Shown here: piece by piece, positions 11,088 through 23,290 of the stretch
Numbering within the stretch: position 1 is the stretch's first letter
Layout of the letters: the number at the start of each line of letters is the position of its first letter
NCBI GenBank assembly: GCA_026936335.1
Contig: JAPMXV010000034.1
Span: forward strand, 496,001-560,000
Source of the DNA: Mantamonas sphyraenae STR306
Lineage: Eukaryota > Protista > CRuMs
Direction: 5' to 3'
DNA length: 64,000 nucleotides
Program-made: the position numbers and the translations under genes
The notes under the pieces: model-generated
Database searches by the model: none
Told to the model about the DNA's origin: nothing
Seen by the model: only the letters and a program-made list of their open reading frames with translations

Positions 11088-13154
11088 ATGAGTGGTCAGA
11101 TGTCGGCTGAGGAAATGCTGCGCCTGTGGGACCGTGGCACTGGCTCGTCCATCAACAGAGAGGAGCTGGAGCAGTGGTACATCCCGTATGAGCACCTCAA
11201 GTTTCTGGACACGATCGGCAGCGGTGCCTACGGCGCCGTCTACTGCGGCAGCTACATGGGCACCGACGTGGCCATCAAACAGATCACGGCTGTGGCCGAC
11301 GTCGAGGATCTGTTCTATATCGAGCGCGAGATTGCTGCGCTGAAGTGAGTGGTGATGTCGCTGCCGGAACACACTTCCCCCCCTCGCCCTTCCTTTTCTC
11401 TTTTTTCCATTGCCCGCCGCGGCTCGCTCACCTGCAACGCCACCACCCGCAGGGGAGTGAACCACCCCAACATTATCCAGTTCATGGGCATCTGCAAACA
11501 TCACACTGGACTGTACATCATCAGCGAGTATGTGCCGGCAGGCCATCTGCGCGACCTGCTCATCAACCACGACAACGAGTTGCCCTGGGAGCTGCGCGTG
11601 AAAATGGCCCAGGACATCGCCAAGGGCATGAACTACCTTCACCGCAGGGGAATCATCCACCGCGACATCAAGTCCAAGAACCTGCTGGTATGTTTGCACT
11701 CGTACCATGCTTGCCCGAGCCCCTGTGCCCTGCGAACCACCTTTCCATTCTCGGCGCTGACCCTCTTTTCACTCGCACAGATCGACGCCGACGGCTCCGT
11801 CAAGATCTGTGACTTTGGGTTTGCCCGCACCGTTGACAAGAGCAATCGGCCATGACCATGTGTGGCACTCAGGACTACATGGCACCCGAGTTGTCCCTTG
11901 GTATGAGCTATGATCTCAAAGCCGACGTCTACGCCTACGGCATGGTCCTTTGCGAACTCATCACGCGTCGCAAACCCAGCGAGGGCCTTCAGAGGCGCTC
12001 CATGCCCTACGGTCTCGATTTCAACGTCTTTGACCAAATGGCACCCCATGTACGTGTTCCTCGTCGTGTCTCAAACTCACGGTCCCACTTGCTCACACAC
12101 GCGCTCCTTCTCCCATTGCCCCCACCCCCATCTCCCCGCGCGCGCCGCCGCCACAGGATTGTCCAAACACCCTCTTCAAGCTTGCCGTGCAGTGCTGCGC
12201 CACGGAACCGAAGGAGAGGCCGCATTTTAGCGAGATCATCTCCACACTGGACACCATCACCAGCAACGACTTGTCCACCAACGGCCAGATCGACTTTAAG
12301 CGACTGGAGCTGGGTGAGCAGATTGACAAGGGAGCGTTTGGACGTGTGCTGCGCGGCACGTACCTGGGCACGGATGTGGCAGTCAAGGTGCTGCCTCTCA
12401 CAGACGACGAGGAAGACCTGTTGTACATCGAACGTGAAGTGTACTCGCTCATGACAGTGCGCCACCCCAATATTGTGGAGTTTATGGGCGTTTCCCTGCA
12501 ACAGCAGGAGTTTTACATCGTCACCGAGTACATCAGCGGCGGCAACCTTCGGCAGATGATCACAGACAAGGAGGAGTTGAGCTGGCCCATGCGCATCCAT
12601 TTGGCCCTGGGTGTGAGCAAAGCCATCAGCTACCTGCACAGCAAGAACATCATTCACCGGGACATCAAGTCCAAGAACCTTCTTGTGGACGAACACTGGG
12701 TGATCAAAGTGTGCGATTTTGGCTTTGCCCGCTCCAACTCCAAGACGAAGCACATGACCACATGTGGCACGCAGTATTATATGGCCCCCGAAGTGGTCAT
12801 GGAGCTGCACTACGACGAGCGCGCAGACGTCTACTCCTTTGGCATCATCCTGTGCGAACTCATCACAGGTCAGCCACCCTCGCACAACGCCTACGTGCGC
12901 TCCAACGAACAGAACGTCCTCGTGCTCGACGTCGGCCGCTTCCTGGAGATGGTGCCCGATGACTGCCCGCAACAGTTTATGGACATGGCCGTGCGCTGTG
13001 CCTCCATGGACATGACCAAACGACCCACCTCCACCGAGGTGGTGGAGGAGATGGTGGCCCTGGGTACGCTCAACCCCGTGGGTGCTGTAGCTCAGGTGGG
13101 CCGTGCTGCACTCATGGCCGCCAGTGGGGCAGCCAATGCAGACGGAGGCACCAC

Positions 13155-13194
<40 letters not shown>

Positions 13195-14610
13195 GACGGC
13201 GCAGACGGCAAGGGCAAGGCCAAAACAACCGTGACACTGATGAGCGAGAGCGCAGCAGCCATGGCAGCAGCTGCAGCCGAGGCAGCGACGACAACCACGG
13301 GCGAGGAAGGACGCGGCTTCCGCAACGTCAGCCACGCCCTCATGAAGGCTCCCGGACGCTTCCACAGGCACATGTACCCGTCGTATGTGGCCGAACTCAC
13401 CGGCGAGAACAAGTTCCTGCAGATGCACATTGACAAACTGGTGCGCAGGTGTACAAACGAAAAGTTCCCCGAGCCCGAGTTTACCCGCGATCTGCTGTTT
13501 ACACACGAGTCCTTCACGAGCACCAAGGATCTTCTGGGCACCTTTTTTGCTCGTTACAACATGGAGCCGCCCATGGATGCGGACGAGCAGGCGCTGGCCA
13601 AGCATGAGAAGGACATGTTTACCATCCGAATGCGCGTCATCAACACACTCAAGTTCTGGCTGGACAACTACTTCTACCACTTCCAGGGAGACAACGAAGG
13701 CTTGCAAGAGGATATCATTGCGTTTTCCAACCGGCTCAAGGGCCCGCTGCTGGGCAGGTACGGCGTCCAGTTGCGCAAGCTGATCGAGCTGCGCAGCATG
13801 CAGGAGGAACCCGAGTCGTTTGTGCTGCAGGCGTCCACACGTGCCGAGACAGGACGTGGAACCATGGAACAGTTCAACATTCTGAGCGCAAACCCCGAGC
13901 TGTTGGCCAGGCAGATCACCCTCATCGATTGGCAATGCGTGACGGACCTCGAACCACGCGATCTGCTCGACTCGGTGTGCAAAAAGTTCAACGAGGAGAT
14001 GGTCAAGAGTGTGCCGGACAGTAGGGTGTTTTCCCTCATGACCCGTGTGCACAGCATGTCGCAATGGGTCGCCACAAGCATCCTGTCGTACCCCGGGCTC
14101 AAGCAGCGTGTGGCGGCCGTCGAACAGTTTGCCAGCGTGGCCTACATCATGTACACCATGCACAACTACCAAGGAGTGCACAGTGTGGTCAGTGGCATCA
14201 AGTTCAGCCCCGTCAACACGGTCAAGGGCCTGTTTGAGGCCCTCAACGAGACGACCACCGAGCGCCTGGAGGAGATGGCCACCCTGTTGAATGTGGACAA
14301 CAACTATGGCACGTATCGTGCGGCCGTGAGTGCCTGTGTGCGCGAAACCAAGCAACGCTACGTGCCCGTGCTGGACTTTTTGTTCTTTTACTTGACCCAG
14401 ACCGAGGCAGAGAACCCCACACTGATGGAGAACGGCCTGATCTACTTCAACAAGTACCGTGAGATGTCGCAGGCCATCTACGACTTTTTCGCCATGAAAG
14501 AGCGGCCCTATGACGACCTGGAAGAGAACCAGCAGGTGCGCGACATCCTTTTCTCCCTGCCCCGTCTGGAGGAGGAGGAGCTGTACTCGCTGGCTGCCAA
14601 ATCAGAGTGA
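11088..14610 (+). CDS. Tandem TKL (LIMK/TESK-like) kinase domains plus REM-RasGEF domain protein; frameshift at ~11850
   Basis: Two kinase domains, each with a Gly-rich loop, VAxK, HRDIKSKN, DFG and APE. C-terminal RVINTLKFWL (REM), LARQITLID and YVPVL...ENP...GLIYFNK (CDC25). Three introns. Start could be 11022 or 11088. Confidence 0.88.
13156..13191 (+). repeat. (AGC)12 microsatellite encoding poly-Ser
   Basis: Seen directly; similar AGC tracts occur at ~23257-23287 and ~42748-42770. Confidence 0.9.
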
Positions 14611-14719
14611 ACACGCTGTGGGAGCAAGAGAGAAACGCAGCAGGCGCAGAACAAAAATCATTGATGACTTCATTCGGCGATCTCGCGATCTCGTCGCCAA
14701 CAAAATCCAGTGTTCACGC

Positions 14720-15382
14720 ATGGACGGCATCTCTCTGAACTTCCACGAAGCAAGAAAGTCAAAATTCCCATCCGTGGGTAGCTTTGGACGTGCGTTTGGC
14801 GTCGGCAAACCTCCAGCGTTTGCAGTTGCCGGTGGAAAGCGCAAAGAAGTGCCTGACGCGGCCCCCAGTGCCGTCAGCAAGGACAAGGGCGAGCCGCATG
14901 GCAGTGTGCAAGCGACCACGTCCCCAAGTGTCACCGTGACACCGCCTGCTCCATCTCCAAAGCGCCAGCGCGTCGAGGTGGAGACGGAAATGAGTGCGGG
15001 CGCGTCAAGTCAGGAACGCGTTCCAATTCAAGCAAACCAACAGCTGGACGTTGCAGCAGAACTGGCCACAACGCTGCAAACTCTCAACTCCAAGTTTGTA
15101 GAGGCTGTGCAGATGCATCTGGACATGTTGGACCAGATGGTACGGACGAAGCGGGCGTTGGTGGAGAAAGAGAAACACAGCGCGGCCGCCTTGGACGCCG
15201 TCCTGGCCAAGTGCCGCACTCACGCGTCCTCGGACAGCGAACCGCTGTCTGCTAACCTCAGCGACGCGGAACCAGAGCCATGCATGGAGGCAGCAGATCC
15301 TGGCGACGACGACGAAGCAGAAGCTGAAGCCGAGGTCGATTCGTCGGCCTCCTTGCCAGACGCGGAGCCGCACACGCCCTGA
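14720..15382 (+). CDS. Hypothetical protein (basic low-complexity N-terminus, central helical segment, acidic tail)
   Basis: 220-aa ORF fills the gap between genes and has an NLS-like SPKRQRV. No family recognised. Its 3' end overlaps the MYND gene on the opposite strand. Confidence 0.45.
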   Translation: MDGISLNFHEARKSKFPSVGSFGRAFGVGKPPAFAVAGGKRKEVPDAAPSAVSKDKGEPHGSVQATTSPSVTVTPPAPSPKRQRVEVETEMSAGASSQERVPIQANQQLDVAAELATTLQTLNSKFVEAVQMHLDMLDQMVRTKRALVEKEKHSAAALDAVLAKCRTHASSDSEPLSANLSDAEPEPCMEAADPGDDDEAEAEAEVDSSASLPDAEPHTP

Positions 15383-17860
15383 TGGATGTCCCAGTCGTCC
15401 AATTGGCAGTTTTGCGAGCAATAGGCCACGCGCTCGCATCCACTGCAGATGAGGGGCACGAGCAGAGGACGAGTGCAATATGCACACTGGTACAAGAACA
15501 GTCCCACGACCGCCTCGACCTGCGTGAGCATTACCATGCACCCTCCAGCCGGCGTTTCCTCCTCCAAACGCATAATGGAATATCCAATGCGCTTGGCATT
15601 GACCTTGTGGGTCACTTTACGCGAGAAACCCGTCTTGCCACTTTCACCCAACGGGCCGTCGACTTCGTTCCACTCTGGATGCTCGATGGGCATCTCTGGA
15701 CTAACAATCATCACGTGGCAGCCTTGGTTCTGGTCCCACCAAATGCGACGGTAGTAACCCAGTTGGAAGAGTGCGACGCAGCCCTTGCGAAACTCCTGCG
15801 TGCGCTCCTGGAACGAGCTGCCAAACGCACCATCCACAAGCTCAAAGGCACCAAAGGGCATGGCCACCACACATGCGCTGCGCCGGCTGCCCAACAGCAG
15901 CGGCCTCGTCCAGCTCAGATGCAGCAGCTCCACCTCGGCCACCTGATCATCCTCCACAATCTTGTACCAGGGCTCCACTTCGGGTGCCACATACGCCAAA
16001 AACTCGCTGTTGCGTTCGTAGCTGCTCAAGGCCTCCTCTGGAAAGTGTGCAGTGAGGGTTTTCGAGTCGTCACGCGCGTCGTCCCCTGTCGTGCCACTGC
16101 TGCTGCCAATCCTGCTTTTTCCCTTGCTGCTGCCGCCGCCGATGCTGCCAATATTGGTGCTTTTCGTATGAGTCCCCTGCTTCTCTGCGCTGCCGCTGAC
16201 CTTGAGGCTGTGGATCCAGCGGAGCACAGGCATGATTTTAACAGTTTGCATGCCCAATCCATCATCGTTCTTGCGTGCCATGTTGCTGCGGCGCACCACA
16301 AACAGAACACGTTCCGGGGCACAGGACTGGTCTGCACACGCATCCACAATGCGGTACACGGGTGCATCGTCGCTTGTGCGAGCGTGAGTGCCTTTGCCGT
16401 TTCCGCTTCCACCGCTGCCATTCCCATGGCCACTCCCACTTGCATTGTTGCCAGTAGTGTCTCCGTTGGCGTGGTTCCCGCCGCCTGCACCATTATCTTG
16501 TTCCGTGTCGAGATCCAGCCACGGATCTCCCGGGAAGGTGACACCCGGCCCCGGTCGTTCCCTCCAGTCGACAAACGCCCAGGCATCCGGCCCCTGCGGA
16601 TGCAGTGTGCAACACACGCACACACAATAGTACAGTCTCTGTTGTTGGGGTGTGTCTGTGTCTTGTGCCTGATCCTCGGCGCCATCCTCGCCCCAATCTG
16701 CGTCATCCTCGCCCAGATCTGACCAACACTGCATGCTCGTCGTGGCAATGACTCCCCACACCGCATAATCTGCCTGTCCCTGATCGTCGGCAAACCATGT
16801 GAGGTATCCGTGGAGGTCGGCGCAATCGAGGGCACCCAAGCCGATGACACGCTTGATCGGCCGCCCTGGTCCGGGCCCAATGACTCGAAGGGGAGACACC
16901 AGCCGTGGATTGTCGAGATTGGTGGCCTGTGCATCCTCCAGCGTCATCCCTTCGTCGCTGTCCGGCTGAGGTGCAAACGATGGCGAGTCGACCTTGGCAG
17001 GTTTCAAGGACAGCCAATCGTCACCTGCGGTGGTGTCGCCGTAGCCTGCGTACGCATCGTAATGAGTGGGTGCCAGTGGACTCAACGATGTGTCCACAGG
17101 CAGCTGCACATGCACCATCTGTGCAGGGGCAGCACGAAGCACAACGAGCAACCCCTGAGAGTCGGCAGTACAGCACACGTCCACCACACTTGACAACAGT
17201 TCCACGTAGATTCGTTTCATAAACACACTGCCTGTCGTATGCAGTTCGTATCTGTTGGTTGAGGTCAATGGGGGTCAGTCGTCGCGGGTTGTGTGCGGTT
17301 GGGAGACACCCTCGACGCGCTCTGGCACACGTACACACACACACAGCGGGTGCCGTTCAAGAACTCGCCCAGAACCAGCAGCAACCTGCCGTTGGGCGAC
17401 AAGTCGATACGTGTGGGAAGTATCCGGTTGCCCTGGTCGTCTGCAAAGCGCAGCGAGTGCACGTGCACCGAAGTGTCGGCCGCCACTGGCAGATCAAACA
17501 CACAATGGTCGCCTGACGAGGCTGTAGCGACGTGTCAGCTGTCTGAACATCGGTATGGGGAAACAAGGGTGCGGTGAACATGGGCCGTGTGCTGCAATGG
17601 GCTCTCATATAGCCCAGGCGCGACCCTGGTAGCTTACTCTTCTGGGCAGCATTCAAGTTGCTGGCGCGCTCGTCGTTCGCCGAGCCCAGCACGTCCGCGT
17701 TGACCATTTGCACACACACTCGTCCGTCGTCGTATATACACACAAAGGCGCCTTCATCAGACGTCATGCCGGCGAGTGAAATCAGCATGTCTGGCACGTA
17801 AGCGGTGAACAGCGGTCCCGTTGCGCTTTCGTCCCTCCACACCTGGCATGACGATGTCAT
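15220..17860 (-). CDS. MYND-type zinc finger protein
   Basis: C-terminal CAYC-x7-CSGCERVAYCSQNCQLDDWDIHQGVC matches MYND. Upstream ORF pieces can be joined by two GT-AG introns (about 17523-17637 and 17252-17334). Confidence 0.72.
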
Positions 17861-18017
17861 TGTGTCCCTATCGTCCTGCTTAACTTCTTCGAGTGAGGTG
17901 GGGGGAAGGTGGTATGCGTGTGTGGGTGTGGGTGTGTGAAGCTCTTCTCAGATCAAGGCAGTGCTGCACACACACGGAGATGCGTTGCAGACGCCAACGC
18001 ATTTCTCGAATTCCCAA

Positions 18018-19511
18018 ATGTTTGTTCGCCAACGTTTGACTTCTTCGGCCAGCCGCCGTGCAGCTGCATTGATGGTGACGAGCCGCCACGCAGGCGGTGT
18101 CTCTGTGCGCCGCAGCGTGGCCGCAAGCACGGCTGTGTCGTCCCTCGCTTCAACAACCATGCGACACGCCCACAACCACGCACGCTCGACTCTGTCCACC
18201 ACCACCGCACTCGTGTCGGGTGCCTCGTCGTACACACGACCCCTGGCCGCTGTGTTGGGTCTGGCTGCGGCCTGTGTCGCCGCCCAGCGGGAGGAGGGTG
18301 TTGTGCACGCCGCAAGTGTCGACGCAACCAACTACGACAACGCCGCAAAGATCTTCAGCCAGCATGCAGACACCTTCAACGCAAACGGAGAGCGTTGCAT
18401 GAGCCCCAAGAAGTTTATTCAGGTCATGCTGCACACGGACGAGAGCACAGCCGAAGCCCTGTCCAAAACCATGATCCGGTATGTTGGCCCTCCCACCTTT
18501 CGATTTCCGGTGCCCTCGTTTGCAACAATGGGCCAGGGCGTGCCACGCATGAATCATGTGTTTTGTGTGGACAGAGCGTATGTGCACCACTCGTACTGAC
18601 CCAACAGCCTCTGTGCGTGTGCGGCCGTGGGTGTGCGTGGGTGGGTGATTGCGACCAGGTTCATGGGCGCCGAGGTGGACAAGGACGGCGACGGACTGAT
18701 TGAATTCGACGAATTCTACGCGTACATGTCGCTGCTGGCCAACGACGAAAAGGCGATGGAGTTGAAGTTCAAGGCGTTTGACATCGATGGGAACGGGCGG
18801 ATTGATCGGAACGAGTTTGAGCAGGTGGTGACGGCGACGCAGGGGAGCAAGGCGATGGAATGGTACGAGTCGCACGGCCTGTTGGACAAGTTCTTCAAGG
18901 GGGGCAAGACCATGAAGCTGGACGACTACCGGCAGTTCATGCGCGACTTGCAGAACGAACTGGTGCGTCTCGAGTTCCGCACGGTGGACGTGAATGGCCA
19001 GGGGTACATTACGGGACGCCAGTTTGTGTCACTGTTCCACCAGCAGCACCGGTCGGAGGAGACTGCCCATTCCTACCTGAGCAACAATGCCACACTGGCT
19101 CGGTTTGCCGATGCCCAGGGACGTGTCAGCGAGGACACCTACGTGGCCTTCATCAACATGCTCCAGGACCTGGACAAGATTGAACGTGCCATCAAGTTGG
19201 CGTGTGTGGGCACACCGGGCCTGAACAAGGCCCAGTTCCGTGCCGCGGTACAAAAGATTGCCAGGATTGACACCCTCAGCGACGCCGAGGTCGATGCCGT
19301 GTTTGCCCTCTTTGACACCGACGGCGACGGAGTGCTCACGTTTTCCGAGTTCAAGCAGGTCATGCGCATGGGCAAGAGTCCCCTGCGTCGATTTGCTCGC
19401 CACCACTCGTGGAGCGAGGCAGACCACAGCCGCAGCGAACAGTTGCACCAACAGAGCCTCGTGGCCGCCGTGCGCACACACAAGGGCCTGGCCTCTGCTC
19501 TGGACGATTAA
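18018..19511 (+). CDS. MICU1: Mitochondrial calcium uptake protein (MICU family, EF-hands)
   Basis: Arg/Ser/Ala-rich presequence and MSPKKFI motif; intron 18479-18658. EF-hands DKDGDGLIEFDEF, DIDGNGRIDRNEF and VDAVFALFDTDGDGVLTFSEF. Confidence 0.83.
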
Positions 19512-19557
19512 ACAAGTGGGGTGGTGCTGTGGCAAATTGAGCAATACACATTCACAT

Positions 19558-20361
19558 TCAGTCGTGGTGTGACACCAACTCTTCGTCTCCCAGCTGCTGC
19601 ATGGGCACCTGGCCTTGGAGGACGGCAGCGTTGCACCTGCGTGCGGTGTGTTCTATCAAATCCTTGGTGGCAAGGACGGAGCCAGCCTTGTTGACGAGGA
19701 CGAGAAGAAAGACGACGACGAGGAGCCAGTAGACAAGCAGCACGCCGGCAACGCTGCGATCCAGATCGAGACGGTACTGGACGAGGGCGTAGAGGTTGGA
19801 AACACCCTGGGAGGTGGTGACATTGCAGAAGGGAGGGATGCGAAAGGTGCCGGCGGCTTGGTCCACCGTGGCGTTGGGGGGTGCGTTCAGCTGTACAATG
19901 TGAGAGGAATCATAAAAGGTGAGCACTGTTCGCTCCGATGCAGTGCTTTGGGCGTCCAATTGGATGGATGAGGCGACGAGGAAGAGGAACATGGCCGTGA
20001 GGAAGAGGGTCCACACCCAGCCAAAGTCGGTGCCCAGTTTGACCACCGCCATCATAAACACAAGGGCTCCCAGGAGTGCAGCAATGGTCAGACCTGCGGT
20101 TCCGTAGTAGAACTCAGGCCTTGCTCGCGCAGGCTGGCCCTCGAGTGCAGAAACGTCGCAAAAGGCCGGGCCGGAAGGTGTTGCCGTGGGCAACACGGGG
20201 ATGTCGACACACGGAGGTGGCGCCAGGGTGTATTCCACCTTGCGGTACTTGCACCGCGACACCTCTGTGATTTGGATGCCACACAGCGTGATGCCCAGAA
20301 CCATGGTGATGAAGGTGAGCACCACCATGGCCACAAACGCCTTGTCGACCAAGCGGAGCAT
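19558..20361 (-). CDS. Hypothetical four-transmembrane protein
   Basis: 267-aa ORF from the ATG at 20361 with four hydrophobic segments and two Cys-containing loops (tetraspan-like topology). Confidence 0.62.
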   Translation of the reverse strand: MLRLVDKAFVAMVVLTFITMVLGITLCGIQITEVSRCKYRKVEYTLAPPPCVDIPVLPTATPSGPAFCDVSALEGQPARARPEFYYGTAGLTIAALLGALVFMMAVVKLGTDFGWVWTLFLTAMFLFLVASSIQLDAQSTASERTVLTFYDSSHIVQLNAPPNATVDQAAGTFRIPPFCNVTTSQGVSNLYALVQYRLDLDRSVAGVLLVYWLLVVVFLLVLVNKAGSVLATKDLIEHTARRCNAAVLQGQVPMQQLGDEELVSHHD

Positions 20362-20599
20362 CCACTTTCCTTTTTTGTTGGGTTGGTGCGTGCGTGGGTA
20401 GCGCATTCGAGCAATGACACAGAAAGCACACATGGGATGCATGGACATCAGTTCCCGAGTCGCTTTTGATTGTCCTTTGCATGGACTGGGCCTGGATGCA
20501 GGGTGCTTCGCACTCACCCCCAACCCAATCTCTCCCACCACACACACACAACCCACCCCCCCCCCCAACCACCACTCACTCGTGGCACAGAAACCGCGT

Positions 20600-21234
20600 A
20601 TGCTGTTGTCCCTGCACATCACCAACGCCAAGGGCAACCTGCTGTTTGCCAAGTACTTCTTGGGCGGCAGCATGGGAGGCACGGGACAGAGCGGCGAGGA
20701 AGAGTCCAGCTGGGAGCAGCAGATGTACGAACTGACGCAGAGCATGTGGAAGGACGCCCTCAACGGACAGCCGCAGGTGGCACAAAACAACGAGCACCTG
20801 ATTGTGTTTACGGGCGAAGACGACCTGCTCCTCTTTCTCACAGGCACTGCCGACGAAGAGGACGAACTTGGCAGTGAGTTCCCCCATCCATGGCGCCCAT
20901 CCACAGCACAAAAGAACAAACGGGTACATGCAAGGCCACCCACCCAACCACCACCACCCACCACCACGCTTCGCCTTGCGAGTCCATGGACCGTACCCAC
21001 GCTGACGCCGTCCTCAATCCGTCATCCACAGTGTTGGAGATCCTGGACAGCCTTTTGGGCCTGTTTCGCAGCCAGTTCCTGGGCACATTCACCAAATCAC
21101 TGTCAGAGTCGGCTGTGCTGGACCATTTGGCCAAGGTGGGCCTGTGGGTGGACGAGATGATACGTGCTGGGCAGCTGGAAACGCTGGATCACGAGTCGAT
21201 TCTTGCAGGCACCAAACTCGAGTACAACGAGTAG
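20600..21234 (+). CDS. TSPOON: TSET/TPLATE complex small longin subunit (TSPOON/LOLITA)
   Basis: Intron 20874-21031. MLLSLHITNAKGNLL...LIVFTGEDDLLLFLTG...DELGMLE...ESAVLDHLAKVGLWVDEMIRAGQLETLD is co-linear with the recalled plant LOLITA (MILAVLFANSEGNIL...DELAL.E...ERVFLDKYGRICLCLDEIV). Confidence 0.78.
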
Positions 21235-21348
21235 ACGCAACCTGCGACACACACCCCATCCATCCTTTCCATCCACCACGTGTCCACCATGCAACACACA
21301 TGCAATGTACGATAGATTTTCACATCTCCGAGGGGACAACCAAACCAA

Positions 21349-21914
21349 ATGAGCATCTACCACGTGTGTGGTGTTGCAGACGCACTGGAGTATGCAAAGG
21401 CTGAGCGCATGTGCGAATGCCTGCGTCTGAACCTGCCCGACGTGACAGTGGTCAAACACTGTGAGCTGCAACAGAACTGGGACCCGTTTGTGACGAAAAC
21501 CGCAACTCGACTCGGCGTTCCCAAAGATTCGCTCGGCAACCACTTTGTGTGGATCGAGCCACGGCTGCTCATCGGCAACCTCGAGGCGTTGGTGCGCATG
21601 GTATGTGTGTGCAGGGTTGGATTGGGGGTTGTGGTTTGGGGGGGGGAGGGGAAGGGGTGTACGAGAACAGGGGGGGAGGCTGACCTGGACACACGCCGTC
21701 GTTGTCGCGGCTGCCCACACCCTTACACAGGCCAAGAAGAAGTACAACATCGGCACAGAGGCACTGCTGGAGGTCTCCAACGCGGAATGGCAAAAGATTG
21801 TGGACGGAAACCACGCCAAGGCGACGGAGAAGCAGGCGCAAGCGGACGCCAGCAAGCAACGGGTAACGTTCACTGGTTGGCAAAGGCAAACCTCGGCAGT
21901 TCCCGCAGGCGACT

Positions 21915-21949
<35 letters not shown>

Positions 21950-23254
21950 CATGGGCATTGCCACGTGGGACGTCATACACACGGCGACACACAGGAGGTG
22001 GAGGCACAATTCTTTGCGCTGCGTGACCAGGCGGTGCTGAAGGGCAATACGCTGCGGGCGATTGCCGAGACACAGCGCAACACACTGCAGAGCATGGTGG
22101 GCAAGAAGGCGCCTCTGAGACGCATGATCACAAAACTGCAGACTCTGAACCAGTTGATTGGACTGAACACAGAAATGCTGGAGGAGATGCACGCAAAGAA
22201 GGAAGCCAAGGTGGTGGAGTACGAAGACCGCGTACGCATGGCCGAGTACCGCGCCCAGTTCTATGCCCTGTACAAGGACGTGCCATCTGCCCACGACATG
22301 ATTTCCTACTCCCTCCACGTGCGCAAGCAAATGGAACGATTGGAACGTGAGGCCAAACGCTTGATCCCCAGCGAGGAGCCTTCCCTCGACCTGGAGGCCA
22401 TGCGGCAACACGGTGCCCTGGGACTCGTCAAAGACACCGGTGACACGCCCGTCACCACGTCCTCCCCGATCCCCATGACCCAGTTTGACATGGACAAGGT
22501 CAACACGGCTGCACTCGACATGGGAGAGGATGCTCTTGCTTCCTTTCGCAGCCAACTCAGCCAGATGAGTGCAGCATCGTCCGCATCCTCCTCCTCCTCT
22601 TCGTCGTCGTCCTCTTCCTCCTCCTCCTCGGGTGATGACACAGACGGGGTGCAAACAAACAGCAACGGGGAGCTGGTGCCGCCGACCCTGTTTGTGAACA
22701 TCGGGTGGGACGAGGAGTTCCAAAGGCTGCAGATCAACTATCTGAAGGATCTGAAGGATGTGGAGCAGATGTTGAATGCGTTTGACTACATGTTGCAGGC
22801 AAAGGAGGCAGTGGATGCAAAGGTGGATCCGAATTTCAAGCGCAGCGAACCAAAGGCAAAGCCGCTTGTGCCTAAGCTCAACCTCATCAAGCCCAAACGC
22901 AAGCGTCGAGGGCGTGGGGGTGCCGCCGACGAAGAGATGTGGAATGATGATGCGGGCAACGATGAAGAGGAGGAGCCGCTGTACGGTGCGCGGTGGAATG
23001 TGTGGACCATCAGCGAGACGGTGAAGCCCATGCACGATCAGTGCAAACAGTTCAGCGCACAGTTCACCAAGTACGTGCGACTGGCAGACAAGCATCGAGA
23101 ACGTGCCATCGACGCTGTGCAGCGCTGGAATGACATTGAGTACGACACAGCACGCCACGGACCCAAGCTCTCCCAGGAGGAGGAGCAGCAGGAGGAAGAG
23201 GAACTGGCCATTGCAGCAGCCAATCGTGAGCGACTGCAGGGCAAGGGCGAAGCA

Positions 23255-23290
<36 letters not shown>

